Assembly: GCA_030141605.1 (NCBI GenBank)
Contig: JAQGDQ010000093.1
Coordinates: 248,001 to 312,000, forward strand
Length of the DNA: 64,000 nt
Direction: 5' to 3'
DNA from: Tubiluchus corallicola
Taxonomy: Eukaryota > Animalia > Priapulida
Below, one piece after another: positions 11,701 through 25,100 of the stretch. The translations under genes and the position numbers were made by a program. The notes below the pieces were generated by a model, which saw nothing but the letters and a program-made list of their open reading frames with translations, searched no databases and had not been told where the DNA came from. The first letter of the stretch is position 1. The number at the start of each line of letters is the position of its first letter.

Positions 11701-14700
11701 GTTGTGCACAACAAACGACACTTCATTCTTCTGATGGCGGGCGAGGTTCTTGGCGTGGCCAAGGATCCCAAAACCGGTGACGTCTGTCGCTCCGTGAGCG
11801 TTGTACTTATGCATCAAACGGGCAGCTAAAATAGAGGTGACTATGCATAGAAATAGCATACAAATAAAGCATTTTGTAAGTATTTAAAAAGCAAAAGATG
11901 CAAAAAGAAATTTATATGCTACAGATTACATGCCCTTTTCCTTGGCATTTTAAGTATCAAGAATGATAATGCAAAATTTCATTCAGACAACCAAGCAAAG
12001 TGAGGCGACACATTAAACAATCATTTGTACAAACCAGTTCTGTTGGTGCGGGACATGCTGTCCATCGCACGATCATACATCTTCTGCACATCCTCGTCGC
12101 TCACCACGAGCTTAATACGATTCCAGCGCTCCGTCTGCTCCAACCACTGATGCGCGTTCACCGCCACCTGTGTGCCGAGGGGCTTCGTCAACACAAGAAC
12201 ATCTCCCACGACTGCATTGTCTGGCCTGAAGCATAAAATGTATTCAACGACGAACATAACGACTGCCAACTTGAAGCAAACGTACAAAAAGAAATACGGT
12301 AAATCAAATCCTCGCTTAACGACTCCGAGTTTAGCAATGTTCCATTTTAACAACGCTGAACATTTGACACTTTTTATCACTTAACGACGCATGTTCCATT
12401 TTGACGATGATTTTTTTACTTCGCTCAAAACCAGTTTTTATTTTACCAACAGCTTTTTCGCCCTAATTTGATGAGTTAAAACAGTACACAATGTGTTATT
12501 CTGTTCTAAAAATGCACTAGTATGGTAAACAGTGCAATTATTATACGTGTTTTTGCTTCCTAACTGACTACTAACTAATATATACTAGCCGTTCGTATAA
12601 AGCAACACCTGGGAGCAAACTGCAAAGGAAATTTGCCTGCAACCTGTTCATATAGCAATCGGACTAAGTGTCTAGATAAAATTCCCAAGGTCGCCTTAGG
12701 GCATGGCTTTCATTCGGTAGTGTTTATAGTTTAATGGCTACCTAAGCTTAAACGTTAACGAAGGAGAAACTGCTTACCAAGTATTGGCAAAAAAGATATA
12801 CAGATGGTTCCACACAAGCAGAAAGAATTTAATTAGTAGAAATATGAATAAAACTCATAAAATGCTTTTCAGCACCATTGATTTTTGCCTCTGAAATGTG
12901 TCTTAATTCTTTTACATTGCTTCCTATGTCTTGGCTTCGCTTAACGTCGCGTTTTGCTGGAAAGCACTAGCATCGTTGACCGAGGAATTACTATGTATAA
13001 TTCAATAGCAAAAATAAGACAAGTACAGCTGTCATTGATTGGTGTGACTGCAACTCTCCAGTTCATTTAACATCTCACTTTTTGATCATTTTGACTTTGA
13101 GGTGAACAAACAATGGCAGATTTAAAAGTAAGGAATGAATAACCCAACATAGAGTCATCACATGAAGTACAAGATGGAAATTACTGCTTGCAAGAAAAAA
13201 ATTCGTAAACCTTCATTCACAGAATTCACAAATTTCCTTGACTTTCCCTGACCAAATATTGATTTTCCATGACCAAGATAAGCAGAAATTGAATTACCAG
13301 TATGCATATTCAAACATTATTTGTGTATGGAAATTCATACATATACTGTTATACAATGTGTCGCCCAATCATTATTTTTGCAACACAAATCCAAACTGAA
13401 AGCCTGGAAAATTTCATTTCAACGCGAATCTCTGAAAAATATGTTTGGCAAAATATCAGTTCACGGTGATTATTTTTGCAACCCTTTCCAATTTTTCTAC
13501 CTCGTTTTCATCATTTTCCCTGACTTTTTATCAAATTATCTTTTTCCCTGAATTTTCCATGGTTTTCCAGAATAACCTATCTTTTCAAGGATTTTCCTTG
13601 ACTGTGGGAACCCTGTTCAAACACAGAGTTCAATTGTTTACCAGTAAACAGAAACCTAAACTCAAAACTGACTGTTAAACTGTGTAAATTTACAAAATCA
13701 CCAGTTAAATCTAATGTATTTATCTTACATAATCATCTCATATTGTTGGCAAACGCTGGAAGCCACACCTCCAATGGTCATCCAAGGATTCATAACTGTC
13801 TGACCACCGGTCACTCGGGTTCCATTTTCTTCAGCGCAGTCCTGAAAAAGTGAAACTAAAAATGTCCTCTCTATAGACAAGACAATGAGGTTGCACTGCA
13901 AAGTTAGCAGTTCAAACCTAGAACCAGGTTTAATATTTTCGCATTCTTTCTGTCAAGTGGATGCCCTATCATCTGCAGCTAATTTTCCTATTTTCTCTTT
14001 CTTTTTTCCGAAATAAGGCCGACAATAAAAATACTCCCGTTTCCGTCTAATAGACTGGATAATAATTTTTTATATCGCACCCGGCCGATTTCAACTGATT
14101 CTAAATATTCCACAATTCAGCTTTAAACATTTACAAAGCTTTAAAAAAAATTTTCTCCCTCCCTCACTACTGACATCTTTTGAGCTCATGTGGTAAGACA
14201 GAAACAACTTTTTGTGTCCGGCCCAATAGCCCCTAATAAACTAAAAGTAATAAGTTTTAACTAGGCCTGTATCGATGCTTCGTGATGACTTTCATTACGA
14301 TATCGCCAAAGTGCGCCCGTGTCGTGATAATCTGAGCCAATGAAATTTAGCAAAAAACGTGAAATCATTCGAACCTTAGCTGTAGAGCGTACTCTACACA
14401 CGGAAGAAAAAGTGCAGTGAACATTAGCTGACTGAACACCTCCGCTAACAGCCATTGAAGCAGTTGAAAACACAATATGTTTAACCTATAGCAGGCTAAT
14501 TACAGTGTTTACAATCATTTTTCTAGAACTTCAAATTATATTGCAAACCAAATCAAAATCCAATGACAATCTAACTAATGCGTGTAAGGCTTGTAAGGCT
14601 CGTCAATTACCTTTTTTTTAAATGATAAATGGCAACGACAAACTGAAATTACAAAACCAATAAACAAACGATAGTAAAAAACATTGAAACTTAGATATAC

Positions 14701-17700
14701 AGACTGAATAGCTTCACTGCCTTCGCAGTACAAGTAGGCACAGCTTAATAGACTGACGATCAGTAGACTCGATCGTTTAAGTGACTCAAAAACACCTGGT
14801 ACGGGCCCCGCTTCTATTCAAATGTACATAAAACTGCTGGTAATTGACACAAATAACTCCGCATAATTGACTGAATATTTTTGCTTCACATACTTCAGTA
14901 AGACACTTTGGTGTGACTGATAAGCTTTTATGACTTTTAAATCATCTTAGTTCGCTTTTGTTCTATAATATACATGGAAACAATCACGTTAAATACAGTT
15001 TTGTTTGTAAGCAGGAACATTTATCATACGCTAATAAACTAGCCGAATGGTATGCTTTGACCCGCCTGTCCACTGCAATTGACATTGTTACCCAAGAATT
15101 CCTGGAAGCTAAGCATTTAATCACTTCCTTAGCAGTTTGCTTTTGAAGGTCTGGCTGTCTTTGCCAGAAAGTTAAATCAGTTAGTTGTTGCTGTTATGCC
15201 AGGGACACACCTACAAGGACAGGTACAGTACAACACGATAGCAAGTGGGATCTTAGATGAAACTACAGACAAAGCTGCAGGGAAACACGGGCACCACCAA
15301 CAGTTTAAGTACGCCAAGCACTACGTATTTTACGAGAATTTGTGCATCATACAACAACAGACTTTCAACATTTTTATTATTATGACAACGTTTGAGCCAA
15401 TTTCTTCATGATAAAATGAAGTAGTCGTCTTTGAAGAAATTTTTGTAATTTTGTAATCAAATAAACAGATTTGTGTAATTTAGAAAAGTATACTTCTTAA
15501 TTTATTGCTAATTCACTTACATAAATTAATATTTTAGAATCTTTTCTTTCTAATTTTTAACTGCTAAAGGAATTTAGGCGTTACTTCGTTTCTAAAATTC
15601 ATTACAAACATTTGCAATGCATACTAAGCTGGTGACTCATACTTTCTATACCAGTAATACTACACCAATCGGTTAATAGGACTAAAACACTTCGGTTCCA
15701 AAGTGAGTCTATTAAGCGGCACCTACTGTATTAGGAAACTTCGTGCTTACTGGACACTCATTAATTCATCATAGCATCATATGCTCAAGCACGTGCGTCG
15801 GGCCCAATTTGAGCAAATATGTCAAATTGGCTTAAAACCGGCCCCGACTGCAAAATTCTAAGTTGTGAGTTAAACACTCTTATTAAAACTTCAAGTAACC
15901 AAGTAATTAATCACTGTAATTAATTAATAACGCAATAGTGTGCCACAGCATATGTAACCTGTCCAACAAGTTCTCAATACCTTGAAACCGCGGATCATTA
16001 GGGGAACGACGACGTCACGTTCCTTCTCCGACAGCTTCTCGCTGACTCCCAGCAGCATCAGCATATTATCACAATCTGTAACTCCCATCGCGTACAGGTC
16101 ACTCAAAACATTCGCGCTGGTGATGCGACCCTAGCAAAACAAATCACAGTGAAATTAGAAAATTATCAACTACAATGTTAAAAGCCATTAACAACACTAC
16201 TTCTGTCCAAAAACCACATTTTTAAGCAATGGGCTTTTTCATAGTTTCGTTGTGCGTGCATGCAGTTACTGTAGGTCAAAGGTTAAGTGTACCACAGCAA
16301 CGGATCTTACCTAAAATCGTCACATGACATGTGGATAATGCAATTCATCAGTTTAATTATGCATTAGTCCATTCAGAGTGATTTATTAGCAGCATCTTGC
16401 TTGGAAACAAGAGAAAACGAACTAGGTAAGGCTCTACCTAGTTGTTAAAACTGTTGTTATTACAATAGCATGGGCTGCGAGGTGTTGTCAAGTGTACTTA
16501 AAATGCGTTGTCTAATACAATCTTTGACATTTTCACAGTCATCATCAATCGCTGGAACTGTGAAAAGGCTTATTGCAAGAAACTGCTTATTATTAATTTG
16601 AACCAAATAATAAAACATTCAACTGCAGTCCAGAAATAATTTTTGACAAACATTTTTCACACGTTTCAAATCGCTAAACGGACAATTTTTGTTTGATTAA
16701 ACAGGAATATCCACAAACTCATCATGGGCATGTTTGTGGAATTAGCGACTAGCTCAGATGATAGGTGGAACAAGGGGTGGTAGAAGCTAGAAACAACCCC
16801 CCTGACCCAAAACAATTACATACTAACATGGCATAACAAATACAGTAGATGTGCTGGATCCAGAGTTCCGGTAATTTTAATGGATCTGGCGGATCCAATC
16901 CAGATGGGGCAGAAAAGTTTGTATTTCTATTTTTCTACCGACTGTGAAAGAACTAGAGCGGGTAGGAAGAAAATATATGTTACAGTTTAATTATCTAAAC
17001 AGTCAATCCTTTCAAATAATATGAAGGATTTCAATCAGGATGTTACCGAAACCAAAATTTATGAAACGTAGAAAACCGATACTGAAACATTTTTGGAAAA
17101 TCAATTATTAAAACTGAAAAAACAAAATTCTAAAATAAGTAAAATATTTTGTTTCTTTGCTTTTATTTACTGATAAAAAATTCTAATACAAAATGGACAA
17201 GGAAGTTCTATAGTACAGAACCTCAGTTTGATCGAGTGGCTTACCTTAGAAAATGTGTTATAATGTTTTTGGATTTAAGTATTTCTAAAGATTAATGTTT
17301 AAAGATCATAATGCTTCATTAAAAATACACAAATTTTATTTTGTAAATTTTTTTTGCCTGTATTTCACAAATTATAAAATTAAACATGATTTTGCTCAAG
17401 TAAACTCAAAAGTGGTTTGATATTTCATTTGACTGGGACTGGATCTCGACATAAACTTCACAGTGGTCAGCACTGAACAATATGCAGCATTGCCGGTAAA
17501 AGCACGTCACAAGCTGTTATGTAAATGAAATTTTCGCTTTATTTGAACTAATTTAGCCAAGATTTTCCAGTGGTTTTTCACATCTAGGAAAAAAGAAAAG
17601 GTAAATTAAAAAAATACTAGTAAAACCTCAGCGAAATTTCGGCTACGGCTAATAAATTTAATATATTTCCTCGAAAATTAACCGAATGTGCAATTATCGA

Positions 17701-20700
17701 TAACATCCCCGATTTCTATTGATCAGAAGTCACAAAAGTATCTTAGTAATCTTCATACTGTGGTTACGTGCAGCAACAGGGCACAAAGATAGCACTATTG
17801 CCACAAAAATGACTGCTAAATATTTAGTGCTGTCTCGTCTAAGTAAAAACATGGTTTGGCAGTGTAGCCCCAGAAAGGGAACTGGACCAGTCTCATACAG
17901 ATCCAGATCCGATCCAGAACATCCCTACTGTAAACCTTCATAAACATTAATATTTGTGTTATAGGGTTATTGATTTCTCTGTTTTTTTCTGAAGTATTTC
18001 TTACTTCTTGTTTTGTACAAACTATCGCCACTAGGACAATGACTTAGTAATTGCTTGTACCAAACAGTACCTCATGAGTGTCACCTAGTTAAAAAAAGAT
18101 TCCTGATTCAATGTTGCTGTCAAAAAAAGGTAACGAAACGGCTGAGACAGAGGCAGTAACTTTCGGGCAGTCACTCTGTAAACTCCCTGACTAGCTCACA
18201 CTCGGTCTCTGGCAAGGCAGACTCCTGAACTGCCTTTAAGTTTGGCAAAATTGGCTCATTGGAAAGTTATCTCTCATCACATCGTATTACGTTTGGAACA
18301 TAGAGGTTAGACAAGGGAGTCAACTTAAAATAAACTGACATCGAACACTAAACCTGCAGTACAGTGTATTTTCTCACCAACGCAACGTACTAGCAAATGA
18401 TCATAAAAGAGAACAGTTACAAAGGACTACAATAACACTGGCAGTACCAGTTCTCTTACCATCATGTAGGGATCTTGAACCAGCGGATAAAAGAAATCCG
18501 TAGTTTGAACGAGAAACAAGCCTCCATGTCGAAGTGGCACAACAGCCGAGTCCATTCCAATACCTAGACAACACACTCAAAACTACGTTAGTCACTGTAC
18601 AGTAGGGGTGAGCATTCTCCGCCAGAAAGTGAATTCGAATCGAACAGAATTTCAGTATTTGGAAGTTGAATCAAACTGAGTTTGAAAGATTTTCGAACCA
18701 GTCGTAAAAAGTATATTGCATGATTTTGTTCTGCAGTAAAATCAGTATTAGTTTGTTAAAAATTTTGCACAGAAACTGCAACTAAATTGTGCTAATTGGA
18801 TGCTGTTTCAAACATTTTAAAGATAAAGAACATATGTGGCTCAAGTGTCGAAACGTTCGAATCTATAATTTTAGTTTAGAATCGAATACGAACTAAAAAA
18901 ACTCGTTCGAATCGAATTCGAACGTTCGATGCTCACCCCTACTGTGCAGACTTGTAAAGAATTAAAACCATTTGAATTGAATTACTCAAAGAGACAAAAA
19001 GTGGAATTTAAAGTTAAAAGTTTCCAAAAAGTTTCAAACATTGCGACAATACCTAATCCAGTTTCAAAGACCTACCACTAAATTGGCTGCACTTTAACGG
19101 TTATCACGGGTGTTTAAATTTACAAGTTTTATACGGCATTACTGCTAATACAAGCTCTGTACGCAATAAGACAGCATGTAAGTGATACAAAATTGAAGAC
19201 TAATGTTTTTGGGCATTAAATTGTGAAGTGTTTTCTTGTACACTAGAACACTATTTTTTGTAAACCATAAGCAGCCACAAAAAATGTTGAGAATCTAAAC
19301 TTAGTTACAAGATGGGTTCACCTTCGTCAATGTGTTATCAAAGAGAAAAAATGCTGAGCTACATGTTGGGAAGAAACTACTCAAGGTGCCACTTTCTCAC
19401 TTTCAGACTAAAGAAAAAAAATCAACTTGGTCAGCCTTTGAGCATCAGAGAAAAAATTATATTAGTTTATAGCAATTTTATGCGTATATCTTACTCGCAC
19501 TGAAAGAAATTTTGGTTTGTTTTCATTTTCAATCTCCCAAAATACTGTTCAGAAGTCGCCATTACATGACGTAATGTACCAAACGTAAATCAAGGGAAGA
19601 AAAGGCAATGTTAAATTATGTCTCAAAAGACTTTCCATGCAAATATATATTACTTAGATTTTCTACGCTACGAAGATTATTTTTCCAAACTTTACAAAAT
19701 GTTATCTAAACTTGTTTCAAATGACCTGTCGTGAAAATGGCTGCGTCTAACGGTCATCGCGGGAGTCTAAATTTACGTGTAAATACAGCGTGACTGCCGA
19801 TTGAAGTCCTGCACGCAAAAAGGCAGTATGTAAGTGATATAAAATTTCAAAACGAATTTTTTAAGCTTTATGTTTATGAAGGGTTCTCTTATTATTATTA
19901 TTATCATTATGAGTTTATTTCGCATAAAAATATACAGCTTGCAAAGAAAACTGGATGTTAGTGAAACAGATAATGGGATGTTAGCAAAGTCAGTTCTGCA
20001 AGATTCCAATTTCTCCTTTGCTTTTGCAGCTGCTAAGCAAGCACGTTCAAAAAAGATCAAAAATTTCAAATTCTTTGCAAAGCAAGCACGTTCAAAAAAG
20101 ATCAAAAATTTCAAATTCTTAAGTACTTTTTTGATAATCATTCACTCACCGATGGTATTTGAAACTGGAAACTGCATGCCCATGTATTGCGCCTGGTCAC
20201 CGTCCGGCCCATTTCCGCCGTTAAGTCCCTCCAGGAGTTTAAGCAGGGTCTCCTGAGGGACCTTACACCCTCATCCTTTTAAATCGGCGAATTTTGTGAG
20301 CCGGAAAGAGGCGTCCAGATCGTGCGCAACAGGATCAAATGGCTGTCGCAGCTCCAAAGTTGTCATTCCCACCTCTGGTGCTCCTTGCTGTTCCAGAACT
20401 ACTGCTGTAACCTACAAAATGCATGAGTGATTTAATAACCCAAATTCCAATTAGCTAGTAATTATTTACAAAAATGTATTTGAAAATTCACAGTAAGTGC
20501 AACAATCAGGGGTGTATCAAGACTTTACGATGCACTGGGCTGATTTGTCCCGCCCATCTCTATTGTGAATTTATGGTTGTTTATGTAATGAGGAGATTAA
20601 ACAATTACTTGTGATGTATTAGAACCGAGTTTCTACCTGGCCATTATTATTGGCCATTACTACCTGGCCGTATTTGCATAGCGCTTACATTCAAGCAGGC

Positions 20701-22177
20701 TGCACAACTGTTTGTTGTGTAATAACTTGTACCTGTTCGTTATGTGGCACTTATATAAAAGCTGCAATCAGTAACTGCCTGTGGTGTGTTATAAAATGAG
20801 AACTTTACTGGAATATGAAAGTATACACATTTTCCGGGGAGAATAAGAATTTTTTTCTAAAATGTGATGACCTCAAACTTTGGCGCCCTAGGCTAGAGCC
20901 TAGATAGCATATATTGGTTAATACGCCCCTGGCAACAATGGCTATATAACTAGAAGTCACAATAAGTAGATTGTCTTGCAAACCTCAAAGTAGTGATAGG
21001 TTAATAAATTAATCGAATTAATCCAAATTACAAACATGTATAAATCAACATAATCGGCGATGAACAAAATGTATGTGTTACACACATACACACGCGGTAG
21101 CCTTGCACTATCACAATACACACAATTGCAAATTGTGGTCTTCAAATTCGTTTTCGTGTGACATGCACAATGACATACACATACTTATAGGGTGATATTG
21201 CATGTGTCTATAATAATAGTTTGCGAGCGTGAAAATAACAGACAGTGACGAAACCCATGAAGAATATTATCTACATGGTCTGAAAAAAGTGCTGCAGTGT
21301 CTGAAAAATATGGATAAAACACTAAAAAATTGGTGCAAAAATTTATGGTGATATCGAATTACAACAACAAGATTACAATCGAATTACAAAATCGCCTATC
21401 ACTACACCAAAGGTAAGTTATTTTAAACTCTAATTAAACGTTTAGTGCTAAGTTAATGATACAGACATGCAAGTGTGAAAAAACAATCAGTTTGAAAATC
21501 CCAAGGACTGCAGAGATGGTAGGTGAAATAACTATCAACTACGTACAAGTTAGTCAATGAAAACTATAAAGTTTAAAGTTTGAGTTAAACACTCCAGCCA
21601 AAATCAAACCATAATATACCTATAAATTCTCTGTCTTGTTTAGTTATATGTTTTTACACTTATATAAATAAATATAATCTAGGTTTAACGTGATATCAAT
21701 GATAATAAATATAATCTAGGTTTAACATGACACCAATCACTATTAGTATTATTAACATTAAAGTCAAAATTACAAAAATTTAAATTGAACTAAAGAAAAA
21801 ATGAACTAACAATAATCCGTTTTTATTGATTATGGAAAACTGTAATTCAAAAACCTTACCCATCACAACTAAAATAACCATTCTCAAGTTTTCAAACGTG
21901 CTAACTTTACTTGATCACAGTTAAACAGGCGCTAGAAGTGGAAAAGACGACGCTTACAAACTATCCAAATCCTCCTCCAGTCGCAATTCTTATTTTAGGC
22001 GAGGCGCGAAAGGAGCAAATCAGCGTACACTGAGTACAGCACGCAACCGCTCTCTGATGCAACGAATCGAACCTCGCCATTTCCAAGGCACCGGCTCTTG
22101 GTTTTTCAGGCAAGCGGGCTTTGTTCGCAGTTTAGAAAATCAGCATTTACCTGGTCTTGTCCTTCGAGTTGCTCCAT
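8779..22177 (-). CDS. SEPHS2: Selenophosphate synthetase 2 (selenide, water dikinase), selenoprotein with Sec at codon 56; ~414 aa; exons 22151-22177, 20150-20411, 18460-18563, 15981-16130, 13729-13841, 12035-12225, 11613-11825, 8779-8963
   Basis: All junctions are GT-AG and phase-compatible (total 1245 nt). Motifs [89 protein letters not shown]. In-frame TGA at 20271-20273 plus downstream SECIS. The first coding exon ([16 protein letters not shown] context) is less certain; alternative start at Met 20366. Confidence 0.95.
9864..10454. mobile_element. MITE family A (TIR TACAGTAAACTCCGCATAAC), Tc1/mariner-pogo type; copies also ~44804-45400 and ~62782-63362
   Basis: Begins tacagtaaactccgcataac, ends ttaaggggagtttactata; internal sequence shared with the other copies. 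Confidence 0.75.
10865..10917 (+). repeat. Degenerate TTAGGG-like hexamer tract
   Basis: taagga ttaggt ttaggg ttgaga ttagga ttagga tagag ttaggg ttaaga. Confidence 0.55.
11137..11492. mobile_element. hAT-type MITE family D (TIR TAGGGGTGAGCAT), right end damaged
   Basis: Same termini and GAATC/TTCGA subterminal repeats as the copies at 18603, 31109, 31897 and 60692. Confidence 0.7.
12295..12994. mobile_element. MITE family F (TIR TACAGTAARTCCTCG)
   Basis: Homologous to 26942-27558, 36596-37294 and 53484-54130. Confidence 0.7.
14729..15730. mobile_element. MITE family B (TIR TACAGTAGGYRCCGCTTAATAGACTC, TA-flanked Tc1/mariner type)
   Basis: Ends gagtctattaagcggcacctactgta; highly similar to 39570-40449, 41370-42100 and 50328-51318; partial copies at 1762-1845 and 57920-58104. 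Confidence 0.8.
18603..18941. mobile_element. hAT-type MITE family D
   Basis: TIR taggggtgagcat/atgctcaccccta with 8-bp TSD ctgtacag/ctgtgcag. Confidence 0.85.
19500..19660 (+). repeat. Dispersed repeat fragment shared with ~57465-57605
   Basis: Both loci read tctccca(a/c)aatactgt...gccattacatgacgt...cgtaaatca...tgttaaattatgt...tttccatgcaaat. Confidence 0.6.
20035..20120 (+). repeat. 45-bp tandem duplication near the SEPHS2 exon 2 donor
   Basis: aagcaagcacgttcaaaaaagatcaaaaatttcaaattctt occurs twice. Confidence 0.8.
20223..20270 (-). promoter_or_regulatory. Stop-codon redefinition element (SRE) hairpin and GGG-UGU hexamer immediately 3' of the Sec UGA
   Basis: mRNA UGA-GGGUGU-A-AGGUCCCUCAGGAG-ACCCUGCUUAAA-CUCCUGGAGGGACUU; the arms pair over ~14 bp with one bulged G, starting 7 nt after UGA. 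Confidence 0.75.
20507..20931. mobile_element. Non-autonomous hAT element
   Basis: TIR caggggtgtat/atacgcccctg with perfect 8-bp TSD gcaacaat (20499-20506 and 20932-20939). Confidence 0.85.
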
Positions 22178-25100
22178 GATAAGTGTCTCTTCGGGACCTC
22201 CAAAACCGTCCCGACACTATCCGACCCTTCTATCGACTGGTATTGTTGGTTTCTCGAAAATATCCCAAGTAGAAAATTTTGGGAAAACACGCCGGCAAAA
22301 ACCTTCGGTTTCCCCTCAGCAAATGGCGGCCTCAAGGGCGGGCGAGCAAACCACGTGTTTCCTCAGTCCAAATACCCGGATGTGCTAACGCGCCAATAGA
22401 TACGCATAATTCCCAGTTTCCCCTTTACAACCTTATGAGGGTCTGGATTTGTCAGGTCTACAAATTGCAAGCATTGGCCTGGTCGTTTTTCTCTAGCAGA
22501 CAATTGCTGCTAGATGAAAGATAAGTGCTGATTGCTGATTCCACCCTCATAATAATCTTACTGTCTCACAACATTACTTAAATTCTCTATCGTTTACTCA
22601 ACATTTTGAGCTTATTTTCTACTTAAATTACACTAACCGCTGTTTCTTCTGAATACAACAAATTTAGCAGCTGTTCTGCTTATAACCGACCATAAACGGT
22701 TTTGGTCATCCCCTTATATGAACTGCTGTACGTTGCAATGTTTTTTAGATGTGGACCTCATGTTTTTGTAACTATTTCTAACTTTGCAGTGGTTTTCAGT
22801 GCCTGTTTATACTACAAAGTCAAAAAATTTATGTTTGGTGATAGTGTTTTTCATTTTCCACATGAAAATAATCCACATGCGGAATGAAACGTTGTGTTTT
22901 TCATTGTAGAATGTTTATTAATAGCAATTCTTACAATAAAACGATAAAAAATCGTGGCACAGTAGCTGAAATCCCTAAAACTATAAAGGTATATACAAAC
23001 ATACTATAAACTTTTTATTTTCAAATCATTAGTGATTAATTAATTGTATTATTTTGCATTATCTCACCTTACAGCACATATTTCTTAACTTGTTTCTAGC
23101 TCTATCCATATTGCTTAACTTGTTTCACTACTCCCTGCACTTCTGTGGGTTAGTTCTGCTCAGCCCCGTTCCGTTTCGTTTCACTATATTCTGCCACATT
23201 ACATTATGTCGTATGTACCATCATGCTATTGAATATCGTACTGTTTTGATATCTTACTACATTGCACTCTTTTGCATTACATTCTATTCTCATAATTAAC
23301 TGTTATGTAATTTCTGTGTAATGTTCTGTTATATTAAAGCTAATTACTTTATGTGTGATTCTTATACAAGCAGAATTAACTGTTACAAAACTATATAGGA
23401 TGCTTCCAACACATAAGACAGCTAAATTCTTTCTTAGAATTCCTTTTTATTATAGTAAATGAGTGTATAAAATAAAGTTCTATTACAACAAAAATGTCTA
23501 TGCAACTAGTTCTTAAGACACAGACAATGTCATACCTTACGTTAATACAACAGCTATTCTATTAGAGTTTAATGTAGGCCTACAGAGAACAGAGCCAATA
23601 GTGGTGATGAGGTAGACATTATTCAGCGCAGATACTGTTTTTACTACAGCAACACGATATATGTACACTTTAGCAAAAGCATTTTAATTAGGCTCAGAAT
23701 AGTAATGGTGATTTAATTTTAATCAAATCCAGTACAATTTTTACAGTTACTGCAGGGAATCAGGAAATGGCACCCCACTACGTATAAAGTTATCACAATA
23801 ACGTACAGTAGTAGATATAGATGTATTTTTCTAACATTTTGATCACTATAATTTATTTAACGTATTTTTAAAATTCCTTTCTCTCCTTATTGCCAGATAT
23901 CAAAAATCACCGTGACGAATCGTGACACGATTCCCACTGTTATACTAACACGAATGGAACCCCTGTCCCTTTATCGCAGTCGGAGATGACGTGGCTGAGA
24001 CGCCAGCATAAGAAAAGTGCCAGATGAGCCCAAAAAAGTGTGGTTTATCTTTTTATCATTTTGTACAGAGGAGCAATCATTTCCTGACACACCCTTAGAT
24101 AATTAGTAACATTACCCAAGCTCAGTAATAACCCTAAACAGTTTAAACTGAATTACAAGGTGAATTTACACTAAACATAGAAGCAGTTTACAGACAAAAG
24201 TAACTTTTTAATTTCTTGCCAATTATTCAAGAGCATATTTTTGCTGTCGGCAAAGTGAAAAAATAATATTTCTGAACATATCTATGTCAATACAAATTAT
24301 ACCAAAAATATTAATTGCTATTATTACAATCACTGAAACTAACCTTTTGCACAAAGCTTATATGAAATAATTTTATATGTATGCACTATTTGACATGTAT
24401 GTACTGTAATGTACATCATATGTAGATGAGCAATAAATTGAATTGAACTGAATGCAGGAAAAATCTAATAAATTGAACAAATACTGCACACCAACATAAC
24501 AAGTGAAAAACACAATTAAACATAAGAATTTGAAGAAATAAAATGTAAATAACAGCTTAATAGAATTTTAACAAAATATAAGGATAACACATGGTTGTGT
24601 AAAAAATATAATATCATCTGTTAGTTACGGTGTAAATAAGTATGAAGTATAATAACTTATAAGTAGTGTATAACAATATAGATAAGGCTGATAAAAATTT
24701 AGTTATGCTAACAGTCCCATCTTTAATTAATCGCCGTAACCGGTTTAAATACAGAAATACAGAAATAAATCGTCAAAATAATTATAATTTAAGAAAGATA
24801 TGTTAACTACAGTTTGAATCAGATACCTTCTACAGCAGATAATTTAAATAATATACTCACATAAGCCTGTCTAAAGCAACACGATTTACTTACTCAACTG
24901 AATACCTGTAGAAAATATAACTATGGCACTGGAATTAGTAGTAGGAAATTATGGTGCTTTTTATGCACCCGGGCAACTGACGTTGGACTCATATAAGACT
25001 GTGACCAAAATTACATATGGGTATATAGCTAAACAGAACAGTTAAATGTAATACTAAAACTATAGATGTTTAAGTAGAAAAATATATTTGAAAACCAACT

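Noticed and set aside
20150-20411. SPS as a pseudogene with a premature stop
   Set aside because: The TGA is at the known Sec position, all exons are intact and in phase, and a SECIS is present.
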